Shown: in pieces, positions 22,606-33,032 of the stretch | Layout of the letters: each line of letters starts with the position of its first letter | How positions within the stretch are numbered: position 1 is the first letter of the stretch | Origin: Candidatus Poribacteria bacterium | Lineage (GTDB): Bacteria > Poribacteria > WGA-4E > JAJDTR01 | Reading direction: 5' to 3' | Length of the DNA stretch: 64,000 bases | Assembly (NCBI GenBank): GCA_965222225.1 | Contig: CBDCTK010000002.1 | Location: 5,344,001-5,408,000, forward strand | Notes under the pieces: generated by a model | What the model was told of the DNA's origin: nothing | Database searches by the model: none | What the model saw: only the letters and a program-made list of their open reading frames with translations | Made by a program: the position numbers and the translations under genes

Positions 22606-23430
22606 TTAATCTTTCAATCTTTCAATCAATTCCGTGTAAAGCGATTTGACTTCGGAATCCGGGATGTCCGTAATACCTCCCTGATCGATCGCCTTGATTG
22701 TTGGAAAGATGCCTCGAATCAAATCAGGTCCGCCGGTCCCCAAATCCTCATCGGCGGCATCCCAAAGTGCTTCGGACACAATTTCCAAGATTTCATCGCG
22801 GGACATGCCAGGCCGATAAAGCTTTTTTAGCGTGGATCGCGCATCTTTACCTCCGGATCCGATGGCGTGATAAGTACTTTCGTCATAGCGTCCGCCAATT
22901 GCGTCATACTTGAAGATTCGCCCTTGCGCCTGCTTTGAATCGTAACCGGCGAAAATTGGGATAACAATCAAACCTTCCAGAGCCATATTAAGGTTCGCTC
23001 TTAGCCAGTTTGACAGAAAATTCGCCTTGCCATCCAGGCTCAACATGGTTCCTTCAACCTTTTCGTAAAACTCGACTTGAACCTGGAACAACCTTGCCAT
23101 CTCAATCGCTAAACCGGCGACGCCGGCGATAGCAATGGCGGAAGATTTGTCAATTTTAAAAACCTTTTCAATGCGTCGCTCGCCGACTTGAAAGCCGTCT
23201 GTCGCCTGGCGATCTCCGGCGATGACAACCCCTTCGTCATAAACGGCGGCTAATACCGTAGTCCCTTCAAGAAGGTCCAAAGATGAATTGGAGGAGGGGC
23301 CCGAAAGCAGGGCTGTTTGATGCGAATGTGTAGGCGGGTTTCCTGTATGAAACGGTGCTAATAAATCTGGGCGTTTCTGCCTGAGCACCTCAATAAAGTC
23401 AGAGGAGCTGTAATCGCGATCGTCGAACAC
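22606..23430 (-). CDS. prcB: 20S proteasome beta subunit (propeptide plus catalytic Thr)
   Basis: EG/TTVLA..GVVIAGDRQAT, GSGG, DAADED.GTGG. Confidence 0.93.
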   Translation of the reverse strand: MFDDRDYSSSDFIEVLRQKRPDLLAPFHTGNPPTHSHQTALLSGPSSNSSLDLLEGTTVLAAVYDEGVVIAGDRQATDGFQVGERRIEKVFKIDKSSAIAIAGVAGLAIEMARLFQVQVEFYEKVEGTMLSLDGKANFLSNWLRANLNMALEGLIVIPIFAGYDSKQAQGRIFKYDAIGGRYDESTYHAIGSGGKDARSTLKKLYRPGMSRDEILEIVSEALWDAADEDLGTGGPDLIRGIFPTIKAIDQGGITDIPDSEVKSLYTELIERLKD

Positions 23431-23432
23431 GA

Positions 23433-23633
23433 CTACTGTCCTCCCCTTTGAATGTAATTCTCGACAAATTCTTCGGAATCTTCTTCTAAGATTTCATCAA
23501 TCTCATCAAGAATTTGGTCAAGGTCTTCCGAGAGTTCTTCGCCCTGCTCGGCGAGTTCGGCATCCGGTTGAATGTCCTCAATATCCTGAGGCCTCTTATC
23601 TCGCTGCTCCTTCTCTTGTTTTTCGGATCGCAT
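23433..23633 (-). CDS. pup: Prokaryotic ubiquitin-like protein Pup
   Basis: LDQILDEIDEILEEDSEEFVENYIQRGGQ C-terminus. Confidence 0.93.
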   Translation of the reverse strand: MRSEKQEKEQRDKRPQDIEDIQPDAELAEQGEELSEDLDQILDEIDEILEEDSEEFVENYIQRGGQ

Positions 23634-23867
23634 TTTGCCCCCTTTCGGATTCTGCAATCGAGAATAATATCAGCTAATAAGGAAAAATAGATCTGGGACT
23701 GGCACGACGCAACTGAGAAACTTCAACCCAATGGTTGACAACACTGAAAGCCCTCGCTTTCAGCCCAAAACGTGAGTTGCGTGGCTCAATAGTTTAGAGC
23801 CCGTTTTCTACACTACAATCCCTGTAGGAGCAATCTCCGGATCGCCACCTCATTTTCAAACAGACTC

Positions 23868-25358
23868 TTACGGGGATTTGGCGGATATCTCCTGCACAAC
23901 CTCCTCGGCGCACCTGTTATTCAAAAGACTACCAACAATTTCTTGAGTCCCAAAATGAGGTCGATCCATCATAATCTTGTCCAGAGATGACCCATTAAGG
24001 CAAAAAATCATTGAGTTCCAACTCGCGCTGTGAATCTCGTTGGGAAACCTTTTTAGACAGGTGCCGCGGAAATAGGCGCGCGTATCCACAGGTGGATTCG
24101 TGATTGCATGGACTATTTCCTCTCGATTAACAAACCGTTTCACACGTCCATTCTTGAGCAGACGTGCATATAGCCCTTTGTCTGGTCGGATATCGTGATA
24201 CTGCAGGTCCAACATGCGGACGCGCGAATCTGACCATTTAAAACCGTGACGTTGGATATAAGCGTCAATAAGCCTCTTTTTGGTTACCCAATCTAAAACT
24301 CCATTCAGGCTCATCGGGTCTGCTTCAAGTCGATCTAACACGAACTCCCATCTCTCCATCACGTCGGTCATGGTGGGCGATGGACCGACTTCGGAAAGAT
24401 GGTCTCGTGCCAAGCCGAGATATTCACGTTGGATTTCAATTGATGTCCGCCTTCGTCCATCTTCCAAAACCAGCGGAGTTTTACACGAAAGATCGCGCGA
24501 CACTTTTTTGATGTCGGTTACGGGTTCCGAGAGTTTGAATCTGTCTCCAAGGATGCCCTTCTCAATAAGTTGGAGTGTGAGGCACGTGATTCCAACCTTC
24601 AGGTAGATGGCAAGTTCGGACATATTTGAGTCCCCCACGATGACATGTAGGCGACGGAAAAGTTTTTCATCGGCGTGCGGTTCATCACGCGTATTAATGA
24701 TTGGACGCGCTACCATCGTGCTTAATCCTATTTCCTTTTCAAAGAAATCGGCGCGTTGCGAAATCTGATAGTCGGTTTCTTCCGTACCGTTCTCGGCGCC
24801 TATCTTGCCGCTACCCGTAATAATCTGACGGGTAACCAAAAACGGAGTCAACCCGTCAACGATATCCTGAAACGGAACCGTCCGAGACATCAAATAGTTT
24901 TCATGATATCCGTAACTGTGTCCTTTATAATCTGTATTGTTTTTGTAGATAATAATCTCTTGATTGTTGGGCAAGAGTTCTTCGGCGGCAAGGCGGCTCA
25001 AATCGAGAATCAGCTCCCCCGCCTTCTCGTAGATAACGAGGTCGCGTGGATTGGTGCATTCCGGCGTGCAATATTCCGGATGCGCGTGATCGACGTAATA
25101 CCTGCCGCCATTGATCAGGATGTCATTAATCAAGCTGTTGTTTTCCCGGTCTGGCGTGTCGCTCTCGCCTTCAGACATGAAGCCTCGGGCATCCATCAGC
25201 GGGGTTTCCTGATCGTAATCCCACGTAACCCCTTTTAACTCCCGATCCTTGTAAGCGTTCACAACCAGCGTTGAAGCTGCAACGGGATCCTGGTCACGTG
25301 CATTCTTGACCGAAATGCCGTATTCGGTCTCTGTACCCATGATCATCGGTGTCGTCAT
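23868..25358 (-). CDS. dop: Pup deamidase/depupylase
   Basis: MGTETEYGI, NGGRYYVDHAHPEY, YKNNTDYKGHSYGYHENYL, DTRAYFRG. Confidence 0.93.
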   Translation of the reverse strand: MTTPMIMGTETEYGISVKNARDQDPVAASTLVVNAYKDRELKGVTWDYDQETPLMDARGFMSEGESDTPDRENNSLINDILINGGRYYVDHAHPEYCTPECTNPRDLVIYEKAGELILDLSRLAAEELLPNNQEIIIYKNNTDYKGHSYGYHENYLMSRTVPFQDIVDGLTPFLVTRQIITGSGKIGAENGTEETDYQISQRADFFEKEIGLSTMVARPIINTRDEPHADEKLFRRLHVIVGDSNMSELAIYLKVGITCLTLQLIEKGILGDRFKLSEPVTDIKKVSRDLSCKTPLVLEDGRRRTSIEIQREYLGLARDHLSEVGPSPTMTDVMERWEFVLDRLEADPMSLNGVLDWVTKKRLIDAYIQRHGFKWSDSRVRMLDLQYHDIRPDKGLYARLLKNGRVKRFVNREEIVHAITNPPVDTRAYFRGTCLKRFPNEIHSASWNSMIFCLNGSSLDKIMMDRPHFGTQEIVGSLLNNRCAEEVVQEISAKSP

Positions 25359-25406
25359 AATCGGTTCGTGATTCAAGGCGAGTCGGTCCGCGCCGTTTCC
25401 TCAAGA

Positions 25407-27218
25407 TTAAAGATAAGCGCCGCCTTTGATTACCCTCACGTCCTTCCGTTTGTTACGCTCCGATTCATTGACCAAGGCTCTGATGTTGACAATCTTCTCA
25501 CCTTTACGGCCAGAGATTTTCGCCCAATCGTCAGGATTCGTGGTGTTAGGCAAATCTTCGTTCTCCTTATATTCCTCATGGATGGCGTCCTTGAGATTTT
25601 CGAACGTTATGCCCTTTTCCTTCCCATTGGAACTAATCAGCCTTTTGATTGCCATTTTCTTCGCACGTGAAACGATGTTTTCAATCATTGCTCCGCTAAC
25701 GAAATCCTTGAAGTAAAGAACATCGCGCTCGCCGCGGGCGTAGGTCACCTCAATGAATTTATTTTCTTCGGTAGTTGCATACATCTCATCGATTGCTTGA
25801 TCGATAAGATGTTGGACTGTTTTCCCGCTATCGTTACCGAATCGTTCGAGTTCGGACGGAGCGATGGGTAAATCCGAAGCCAGATACTTGGCAAAGATAT
25901 CTTTCGCGCCTTCCGCTGTGGGGCGATCTATCTTAATCTTGATATCCAATCTCCCGGGACGCAGCACGGCTGGATCCAAAAGGTCTTGTCGATTACTAGC
26001 GCCGATGACAACCACATCCCGCAGACTCTCGACCCCGTCAATCTCGGCTAGAAATTGAGGTACCAAAGTCGATTCCATATCCGACGAGATTCCCGTACCC
26101 CTTGATCGGAAAAGAGAGTCCATCTCATCAAAGAATATAATAACGGGCACCCCTTCTTTGGATTTCTCGCTTGCTTTCTGAAAAACCTCGCGAATCTTGC
26201 GTTCTGTCTCGCCGACATACTTGTTCAGCAACTCAGGTCCCTTGATGTTAATGAAATAGCCCTTAATATCATCCCTTCCGGTTTGCTGGCGCACCCTCGC
26301 GGCTAAGCTGTTTGCAACCGCTTTGGCGATCAAAGTTTTGCCGCACCCCGGCGGACCGTAAAGTAGAATGCCTTTCGGGGGTGTCAGGGCAAACTCTTTG
26401 TATTCGTCGGGATAAATGTACGGTGTCTCTATTGCGTCGCGAATCGCTTCGATTTGCTCGTCTAATCCGCCAATATCCGAGTATCTGATGTCTGGCACAG
26501 TTTCGAGCAAGAGATCTTCCACTTCGGTTTTGGGGAGTTTTTCCATAATCATCCCCGTACCTTGATTCAGTAGGACATTATCGCCGAGTTTCAACTTTTC
26601 AGCCTTAAGTGGTTCGGAAATCTCTACGACGCGCTCCTCATCGGCGCGAAGGCTAACAATCGTACGAGATTCATCAAGCACTTCCTTGACTTTAACGACT
26701 TCCCCACGCTGGTCAAACTCTCGAATCCCCACGACATTTAAAACACCGTTGACAATTACCTCCTGCCCCTTTTTAAGTTCATCGACGTTGATATCCGGAT
26801 CGGACTTGACTTTCCATCTTTTACCGCCAAGATCAATATCAATGGTGTCATCATCATTTACGCCAAGAAAAACACCGTAGTTGTTGGGTGGAGCGCTTAG
26901 TTGTTCCACCTTCTCCTTCAGGTGCTCAAGTTTCTCTTTCGCCTCTTGAAGTGTACTCGTCAGTTTCCGATTCCGCCGATGGGCTTGCATCAATTCGCGG
27001 GTCATTTCGTAGAGACGAACGTCTGCATCGTCGGAGGGAGCAGCGTTAAGACGCCTTCTCAAGTCATCGTTCTCGTTTTCCAAAGATTCGATCATGAACT
27101 CCATTTCACGAATCTGTTTCTGATTATAGGATTTGCGATCCGATGAACTTGCTGTTGGCTTAGATTCATCCCGGATTTCTTCAAATGGCCCTACGGTGTC
27201 TCTTTTCTTGATGGACAT
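25407..27218 (-). CDS. arc: Proteasome-associated AAA ATPase ARC/Mpa
   Basis: Coiled coil plus OB domains, GPPGCGKT, IKGPELLNKYVGETER, ENEDLPNTTNPDDWAKISG, C-terminal GAYL. Confidence 0.95.
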   Translation of the reverse strand: MSIKKRDTVGPFEEIRDESKPTASSSDRKSYNQKQIREMEFMIESLENENDDLRRRLNAAPSDDADVRLYEMTRELMQAHRRNRKLTSTLQEAKEKLEHLKEKVEQLSAPPNNYGVFLGVNDDDTIDIDLGGKRWKVKSDPDINVDELKKGQEVIVNGVLNVVGIREFDQRGEVVKVKEVLDESRTIVSLRADEERVVEISEPLKAEKLKLGDNVLLNQGTGMIMEKLPKTEVEDLLLETVPDIRYSDIGGLDEQIEAIRDAIETPYIYPDEYKEFALTPPKGILLYGPPGCGKTLIAKAVANSLAARVRQQTGRDDIKGYFINIKGPELLNKYVGETERKIREVFQKASEKSKEGVPVIIFFDEMDSLFRSRGTGISSDMESTLVPQFLAEIDGVESLRDVVVIGASNRQDLLDPAVLRPGRLDIKIKIDRPTAEGAKDIFAKYLASDLPIAPSELERFGNDSGKTVQHLIDQAIDEMYATTEENKFIEVTYARGERDVLYFKDFVSGAMIENIVSRAKKMAIKRLISSNGKEKGITFENLKDAIHEEYKENEDLPNTTNPDDWAKISGRKGEKIVNIRALVNESERNKRKDVRVIKGGAYL

Positions 27219-27369
27219 AATCTCATCCTATGTTATTAGAATTTGATTAATAATATGGAATACGTTCAGAAGATTATTGCGAATCTCTACTAGACGCCCA
27301 AAAAAGACAGAGGCTATATGGGTTTCCAAACCACGCCTTGAAGTCATCTGGCGGGGTAAGCCTAACAGG

Positions 27370-27399
27370 ATTATAGCACTTCCGCGAAAATTCTGTCAA
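27370..27399 (-). promoter_or_regulatory. Sigma70-type promoter of the Pup-proteasome operon
   Basis: Minus strand TTGACA-N18-TATAAT with TG extension. Confidence 0.65.
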
Positions 27400-27468
27400 G
27401 GATAATGTCCCTGTATAGCATTGCCCAACTCGCCACGGTAGCATTGCGTTTGCTTAATTTTGCGCCTG

Positions 27469-28515
27469 CTATTCGCTCGTAGCCTCTTCAACTTCGCTAG
27501 GAATTGAAGCCGCGGTTGACTGTGAGGGCATCCCCAAGTCTTCCCGGATCTTGCCCTCAATCTCGGCGGCAAAATGAGGGTTCGTTTTCAAATACTCTTT
27601 AGCGCTATTCCTGCCCTGTCCTAGTCGTTCGTCGTTATACGAAAACCAAGATCCTTTTTTCTGGATAATTCCTCGATCAACCGCCACATCCAAAATATTT
27701 CCCTCTTTGGAAATTCCCTCACCGAATATCAGATCGAATTCCGCTTCTCGGAACGGCGGAGCCACTTTGTTCTTGGCAACTTTGACTCGGACGCGGTTCC
27801 CTACCATTTGGTTCCCCTCCTTTAGCGTCTCGACACGGCGCATCTCAAGCCTTACGGAAGTATGAAATTTGAGGGCGAGTCCACCCGGCGTCGTCTCCGG
27901 ATTGCCAAACATAACTCCAATCTTTTGGCGAATCTGATTCGTAAAAATGACGCATGTTCTAGACTTATTGGTCACGCCGGACAGCTTTCGCAACGCTTTG
28001 GACATGAGACGTGGTAATAAGCCGACATGCGCATCACCCATATCGCCTTCGATTTCCGCCTGCGGGGTTAAGGCTGCGACCGAATCAATCACTACAATAT
28101 CAATCGCACCACTTCGGATAAGCGTTTCGACAATTTCTAACGCCTGTTCACCCGTATCCGGTTGTGAGATTAACACGTTCGCCATGTTTACGCCGATTTT
28201 CTTGGCATAGGAAATATCCAGCGCATGTTCAACATCAACGAACGCGGCGACGCCCCCCAATTTCTGGGCTTCGGCAACTATGTGAAGTGCAAGGGAGGTT
28301 TTGCCGGTAGCTTCGTGACCAAAGATTTCGATTATTCGGCCACGCGGGAGGCCGCCGACCCCGAGCGCAATGTCAAGTGAAAGTGCCCCTGTTGGAATTG
28401 ACTCCACGGGAACAACATCTTTATCCGTTAAACGCATAATCGCGCCTTTTCCATGATCTCGCTCAATTTGCGATATTGCGTTATTGATAGATCCTTTTTT
28501 TTCATCTGATGTCAT
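27469..28515 (-). CDS. recA: Recombinase A
   Basis: [54 protein letters not shown]. Confidence 0.98.
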   Translation of the reverse strand: MTSDEKKGSINNAISQIERDHGKGAIMRLTDKDVVPVESIPTGALSLDIALGVGGLPRGRIIEIFGHEATGKTSLALHIVAEAQKLGGVAAFVDVEHALDISYAKKIGVNMANVLISQPDTGEQALEIVETLIRSGAIDIVVIDSVAALTPQAEIEGDMGDAHVGLLPRLMSKALRKLSGVTNKSRTCVIFTNQIRQKIGVMFGNPETTPGGLALKFHTSVRLEMRRVETLKEGNQMVGNRVRVKVAKNKVAPPFREAEFDLIFGEGISKEGNILDVAVDRGIIQKKGSWFSYNDERLGQGRNSAKEYLKTNPHFAAEIEGKIREDLGMPSQSTAASIPSEVEEATSE

Positions 28516-28569
28516 AATCGGTTAATTTCCCTATGAATGCAGTCGAGAAGTAGAATGCCGAGTAATCTA

Positions 28570-28860
28570 AACTCGACTTTGTACAAACGTACAACAGTTG
28601 GGTTGAGCGGAAAGCCGTACAGCACCAAATCCGTAGGCGGGAATCAAGGGAGTGAATAACGACCGCGATAGAGATCTCCTTGCCCCGCCGTGCAGCATCA
28701 AGATTCAAGCGAAATCCAACACGTTCTGCATGGTAGCAGAAACCACTGCCGACTTTTTCAATGGTCAACCAACAAGACCAGATGGTTAAAATCTCTTCCA
28801 CTTTTCTTCAACGCTTGATTGACACCATCTGTTATCCCGCTTAAATGTACAAAGTCGAGC
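28570..28860. mobile_element. MITE-like family A (TIR ~CTCGACTTTGTACA)
   Basis: AACTCGACTTTGTACA ... TGTACAAAGTCGAGC inverted ends; the ~100-bp right arm recurs at ~9553-9657 and ~47495-47598, a left end at ~19358. Confidence 0.65.
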
Positions 28861-28863
28861 TAA

Positions 28864-29098
28864 AAACTTGTTTGAAAATTAATTCGTAGCAACACCATTT
28901 GCTCTGAAACCAAGTTTTTCATCAGCGCTCATGTAGGTGCACACCGCGATCAAGGCAACGAGCATCAACTGCGATTGAGATTCTACCAGCCTTTGCCCCG
29001 TGGATTATACTCTTTTGGAGCGAACTCCAGCTCGCGAAAAAACTCGCTCAACGCAAATGACCAAAGATAGCTTCGCCATCTATTATTCAAACAAGCTC
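28864..29098. mobile_element. MITE-like family B (TIR ~GAGCCTGTTTGAA)
   Basis: AAACTTGTTTGAA ... TTCAAACAAGCTC; shared subterminal AAATGACCAAA...TATTATTCAAACA. Confidence 0.6.
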
Positions 29099-29127
29099 TA
29101 AGCCGCTGAAAGTGCCTAATAATTGTG

Positions 29128-29778
29128 CTATGTTGTAGAACGACTGTTGAAACAGCAAGTTTCTAAGGGAGTGTAAACTGCCCCGCTTTGTCGAAGGTGG
29201 CTTTGGACAACTCGGATCTCATTGACGACCATGGTGGCGCCATTGATTGTATCATATTGTTGGAACACGTCAACGAGAGGTTTCAAATCAATTCGATGTT
29301 TGAGCCGGGAAAGAGTTAAATGTGGACTGGACGGCTTCTCATCACGCTCATATCCATGGCGACTTAGTCCTATATCGATTTCTCTGGCAATGGCAATGAT
29401 CTCATCTGCGCCGGTTTTCACGCCTGCCCAAATAATCCTTGGACGAGTCAAGTTTGGGAAGGCGCCAATACCCCCTATCTCCATTGAAAAAGGTGACCGA
29501 GTATCCGCCACCTGTTCAATCGCATTTTTGATTACGCTAATTTGATTTGGGGCGACATCTCCAAGGAATTTCAAGGTCAGATGAATGTTTCCGCGCTTTA
29601 CCCATGAGGCTCCGCGGATGTCCTTCCTGAGTTCCTCCTGAGCGGAAGTTAGCAGCGTCTGAATCGCTTCGGGAATCTCAATTTCGACAAAGCACCGTAT
29701 CTGTTCTTGGTTCACACTTTCTATGGGGATTTGGTTCGGGTTCAAGCCAACGGACTGCTTGATTTTCAACCTGACCAA
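29128..29778 (-). CDS. thpR: RNA 2',3'-cyclic phosphodiesterase
   Basis: Two HxT motifs (HLTLKFLG, PHLTL), GAFPN..RPRIIW. Confidence 0.92.
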   Translation of the reverse strand: MVRLKIKQSVGLNPNQIPIESVNQEQIRCFVEIEIPEAIQTLLTSAQEELRKDIRGASWVKRGNIHLTLKFLGDVAPNQISVIKNAIEQVADTRSPFSMEIGGIGAFPNLTRPRIIWAGVKTGADEIIAIAREIDIGLSRHGYERDEKPSSPHLTLSRLKHRIDLKPLVDVFQQYDTINGATMVVNEIRVVQSHLRQSGAVYTPLETCCFNSRSTT

Positions 29779-29780
29779 GG

Positions 29781-30386
29781 TTAAAAATCATCTCCCGAAT
29801 CAAAGAGATCAGTTGATCGCATCACGGAATACAGCGCTTTGCGATTCCCGTACACAAACTCTAATCCCGATATCACAGTTAGGACAAGAGGTGCGTACAT
29901 CATGAAATAGATCGGCCTAAACTGTTCAATCCATTCATCCCCCACTCCATGCCCATGGAACACTAGCAGAATCAGGCTCATGAAGATAACAACCATCTGC
30001 GAGGTAGCCTTATATTTTCCCCACTTGTTCGCTGCAACAACAGAACCCTGTGTGGCGACAAAAAGCACCCGCAACCCTGTCACAACCAATTCGCGTCCCA
30101 TGATTGTTAGAACCATCCAGCCTGGGATAAGTTTTTCACCGAACAGGCAGATGAGTGCTGCGCCCACTAGCAACTTGTCCGCAAGCGAGTCAACAAATTT
30201 GCCGAAACTCGTTACCCCGTGTTTGCGAGCAATTCGCCCATCAAGGAGATCGGTTAATGCCGCCACTCCAAAAATAATTGCGGGCAGCAAACGGTAATAT
30301 CGAAAAGAAATCATGAGTGGAGGAATCATCAAGATGCGCGAAACCGTCAAACCGTTCGCCAAATGTTGGAGCGTGCGAAAGTACAT
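29781..30386 (-). CDS. pgsA: CDP-diacylglycerol--glycerol-3-phosphate 3-phosphatidyltransferase
   Basis: ANGLTVSR, TDLLDGRIARK..VTSFGKFVDSLADK, WGKYK. Confidence 0.9.
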   Translation of the reverse strand: MYFRTLQHLANGLTVSRILMIPPLMISFRYYRLLPAIIFGVAALTDLLDGRIARKHGVTSFGKFVDSLADKLLVGAALICLFGEKLIPGWMVLTIMGRELVVTGLRVLFVATQGSVVAANKWGKYKATSQMVVIFMSLILLVFHGHGVGDEWIEQFRPIYFMMYAPLVLTVISGLEFVYGNRKALYSVMRSTDLFDSGDDF

Positions 30387-30639
30387 CGTTCAATCACTTA
30401 TCCATCAAGGCAATCGTACCTGATTCTAAACTAGGCACTCTTGTAGGGTGCGCACTGCGATCAAGGGAGTGAGTAGCGACCAGGATAGAGATCCCACCAG
30501 CCTTTGAAAACTCTAGCGGACGACAGGTAGTATGGTAGCGGAAACTTCGAATGTACACAGCCGATTCGAGAGAAACACGGACAAACTACAAGCAAATCCC
30601 CATCCTTCCCGACTTCCGCCCTTTGAGCGCCTCCCTGAA

Positions 30640-31359
30640 TCATTCCTCAGGTGAGATGTCGATGACCTCGGCACCATCCGGAATGTCAAAGTTGAAAAAC
30701 CCTTCGTCAAGTTTTCGATTTCGTTTGATGTTCGTCAGCGATATGATTCCACTTACATCGCTTTCAGCATCGTTCTGTAGTTTGTACCCAAACTGAATCG
30801 GCAACCAATCCTTTGCCTGAATCCACATTTCCAGAGTCTCGCGAGGCAATTGCCTACCGTCCACAGGTTTGGACAGCATATGGGGTTTGGGAGTCAATTC
30901 AATTTGATAAACGCCTTTCTGGTTAGCAACTTCATCAACAACAAGCTTCATGTCGTAATTCTTTTGAACATCTTGCAATGAAGCGTCAATTCCTGGCAAT
31001 AACGGTTCGTGTTCCGGCTTGTTCAGTTTCATCTTGTTGACTTGATTCAGCATAGGGGTATATGCCCACGAATAGGTGCCATCCAAGACGATGAGCTGCA
31101 CAAGTTGAGTCGAATCTTTTTGGCTGACGGTTCTTTTTCGAAGTAAATTGGGCTTGCTAAAGGTCAATTCCCCTCGGGAAGAACCTTTCACGCCATCGCG
31201 AAAAATGGTCTCCTCAAACTCTGCACTGAAGTTTCGAGATTCGTTGTAAGCCTTCCTGAAATTCTCGAAAACTTCATTGACCGTGTACGTGTAGCCGAAT
31301 GGTACATTCGTACTTAACAACAAAAATGGGAAAACAATTCCACCAAAAACCAACCTCAT
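30640..31359 (-). CDS. lolA: LolA-family outer-membrane lipoprotein carrier protein
   Basis: FSAEFEE..G.L.FSKPNLLR, IVLDG..W.Y.P.LNQV, F.FDIPDGAEVID. Confidence 0.75.
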   Translation of the reverse strand: MRLVFGGIVFPFLLLSTNVPFGYTYTVNEVFENFRKAYNESRNFSAEFEETIFRDGVKGSSRGELTFSKPNLLRKRTVSQKDSTQLVQLIVLDGTYSWAYTPMLNQVNKMKLNKPEHEPLLPGIDASLQDVQKNYDMKLVVDEVANQKGVYQIELTPKPHMLSKPVDGRQLPRETLEMWIQAKDWLPIQFGYKLQNDAESDVSGIISLTNIKRNRKLDEGFFNFDIPDGAEVIDISPEE

Positions 31360-31410
31360 CGCAGCCTCCGTCATCAACAGCAACAATCGGCAGTATAGCA
31401 CCTGCCGCAG

Positions 31411-31905
31411 TTAGTTGTCAACGCTCTTTTCCTGCCGCAAAAGCAACTCTTGGTCGACAATTTCCCGCACTTCGTTAGCTGTCACATGTATCCTCGACCA
31501 ATCCGAGAGGAATACTTCCGCTTCGTTCGGCTTTTCCAACGCATGTTGAACAAACCGCTCGAGAAGTCTTGAAACCTCCTCATTCCTAAAGATACCCTGA
31601 AACCAATTTGAGAACTCCTTGATGGCATCTGGGTCTACGGAAAACGCCCAGAAATTCAATTGGCAGAAATCCAATCCCTCTTCACATGTCTTCTGTGAAA
31701 TCCACACCGTCTCGGGGAAACTCTCCAATATAGGGAAGAGATCTATCAATAGGCAACACAAGCGGTCATCCAAGTAGGAAATTGCCGGCAGAATGTCAAA
31801 CCGAACACTCAGTTTGTGTGCGTGGAGTGGTATTGGATCGCCTTTCGCGTGGGCATCTGTGCCCTTAATGTCGATAATTTGCTCTTTTTTGCTTCTGAAT
31901 AACAA
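31411..31905 (-). CDS. Hypothetical protein
   Basis: 164-aa ORF co-directional with neighbours; GGGG RBS-like sequence before TTG. Confidence 0.55.
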   Translation of the reverse strand: MLFRSKKEQIIDIKGTDAHAKGDPIPLHAHKLSVRFDILPAISYLDDRLCCLLIDLFPILESFPETVWISQKTCEEGLDFCQLNFWAFSVDPDAIKEFSNWFQGIFRNEEVSRLLERFVQHALEKPNEAEVFLSDWSRIHVTANEVREIVDQELLLRQEKSVDN

Positions 31906-32138
31906 AACTTACAATCCCCCAAATGTTGACTATTTGCTCATTCTCGACGTTACTCTCGTCGGTTATTATACTCACCGTTTTTCGGGCAATGCAATGAGAA
32001 ATCTGTATGAGTCGACACACTCCGAAGGCTTGTGTTATACTTACGACCTAGGCGCTCGTTATTCGAGTTTCCGGATCACAATGGTGTTTGAAAACGAGTC
32101 CATTAGCGGCAGATTGCTGAACCTGAGGCGTAGGAGTT

Positions 32139-33029
32139 ATGAGAACGTCCCATAAATACTTGGATCCGGCTTCCTTGTCTAAACTTGGCAACATGGAGCT
32201 GGTCGCACGTCTGGTTGTGGAAGGATTCATTACCGGGCTGCACAAGAGTCCATATCAGGGATTCAGCGTAGAATTTGCTGAGCACAGACAATACATGCCC
32301 GGCGACGAGATTAGGTACATTGACTGGAAGGTGTTTGGAAAATCTGACCGCTATTACGTCAAGAAGTTTGAAGAAGAAACCAACCTCCGCGCCTACATTA
32401 TACTGGATGCCAGCGCCTCAATGAACTATAAATACGACGAAAGCAGCCTTACAAAATTCCAATACGGTTGCTATTGCGTGGCATCCTTGTCGTATTTGAT
32501 GCTCAAGCAACGCGACTCGGTTGGTATGGCAATCTTCGATACCCACATCAAGGAGTATATCCCTCCACGTGGTGCTGCAACCCACCTGCAAGCCATCCTG
32601 TCCAGCCTTGAGAGTACCGAACCTGGGAATGAAACGGATTTGAGCACAATCTTCCATGAACTTGCGAAGCGGATTGTCCGTCGCGGGTTGGTAATCGTGA
32701 TTTCCGACCTCCTCGATGAGCCGTCCAAAGTGCTGTCTGCTCTTAAACACTTGCGCCATCGTAAGCATGAAGTTATAGTCTTTCATCTGTTGGATAAAGC
32801 CGAGATGATGTTCCCGTTTGAAGGACCTGTGGTCTTTCAAGACATGGAAACCGCGAGGACGCTCCCGACGCAGGCGGAGACGCTCAAAGCCGGTTATCTT
32901 CAACAGATGGAAGAGTTTATTCAGAACTATCGGCGTGGATGTGGCGGGAATTCGATCGATTATGTGCAGATTGACACGTCAACACCATTCGATCATGCCC
33001 TATCGTCCTATCTGGCACACAGAAAATAA
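32139..33029 (+). CDS. DUF58 (vWA-associated) protein
   Basis: GLHKSPYQGFSVEFAEHRQYMPGDEIRYIDWK, FEEETNL, DASASM. Confidence 0.93.
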   Translation: MRTSHKYLDPASLSKLGNMELVARLVVEGFITGLHKSPYQGFSVEFAEHRQYMPGDEIRYIDWKVFGKSDRYYVKKFEEETNLRAYIILDASASMNYKYDESSLTKFQYGCYCVASLSYLMLKQRDSVGMAIFDTHIKEYIPPRGAATHLQAILSSLESTEPGNETDLSTIFHELAKRIVRRGLVIVISDLLDEPSKVLSALKHLRHRKHEVIVFHLLDKAEMMFPFEGPVVFQDMETARTLPTQAETLKAGYLQQMEEFIQNYRRGCGGNSIDYVQIDTSTPFDHALSSYLAHRK

Positions 33030-33032
33030 CAA

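Noticed and set aside
28580-28593. TGTAC-AAAC-GTACA upstream of recA as a LexA box
   Set aside because: It coincides with the family-A terminal repeat (CTCGACTTTGTACA...GTACAACAG also at ~47570-47598), so it is more simply repeat-derived; co-option cannot be excluded.
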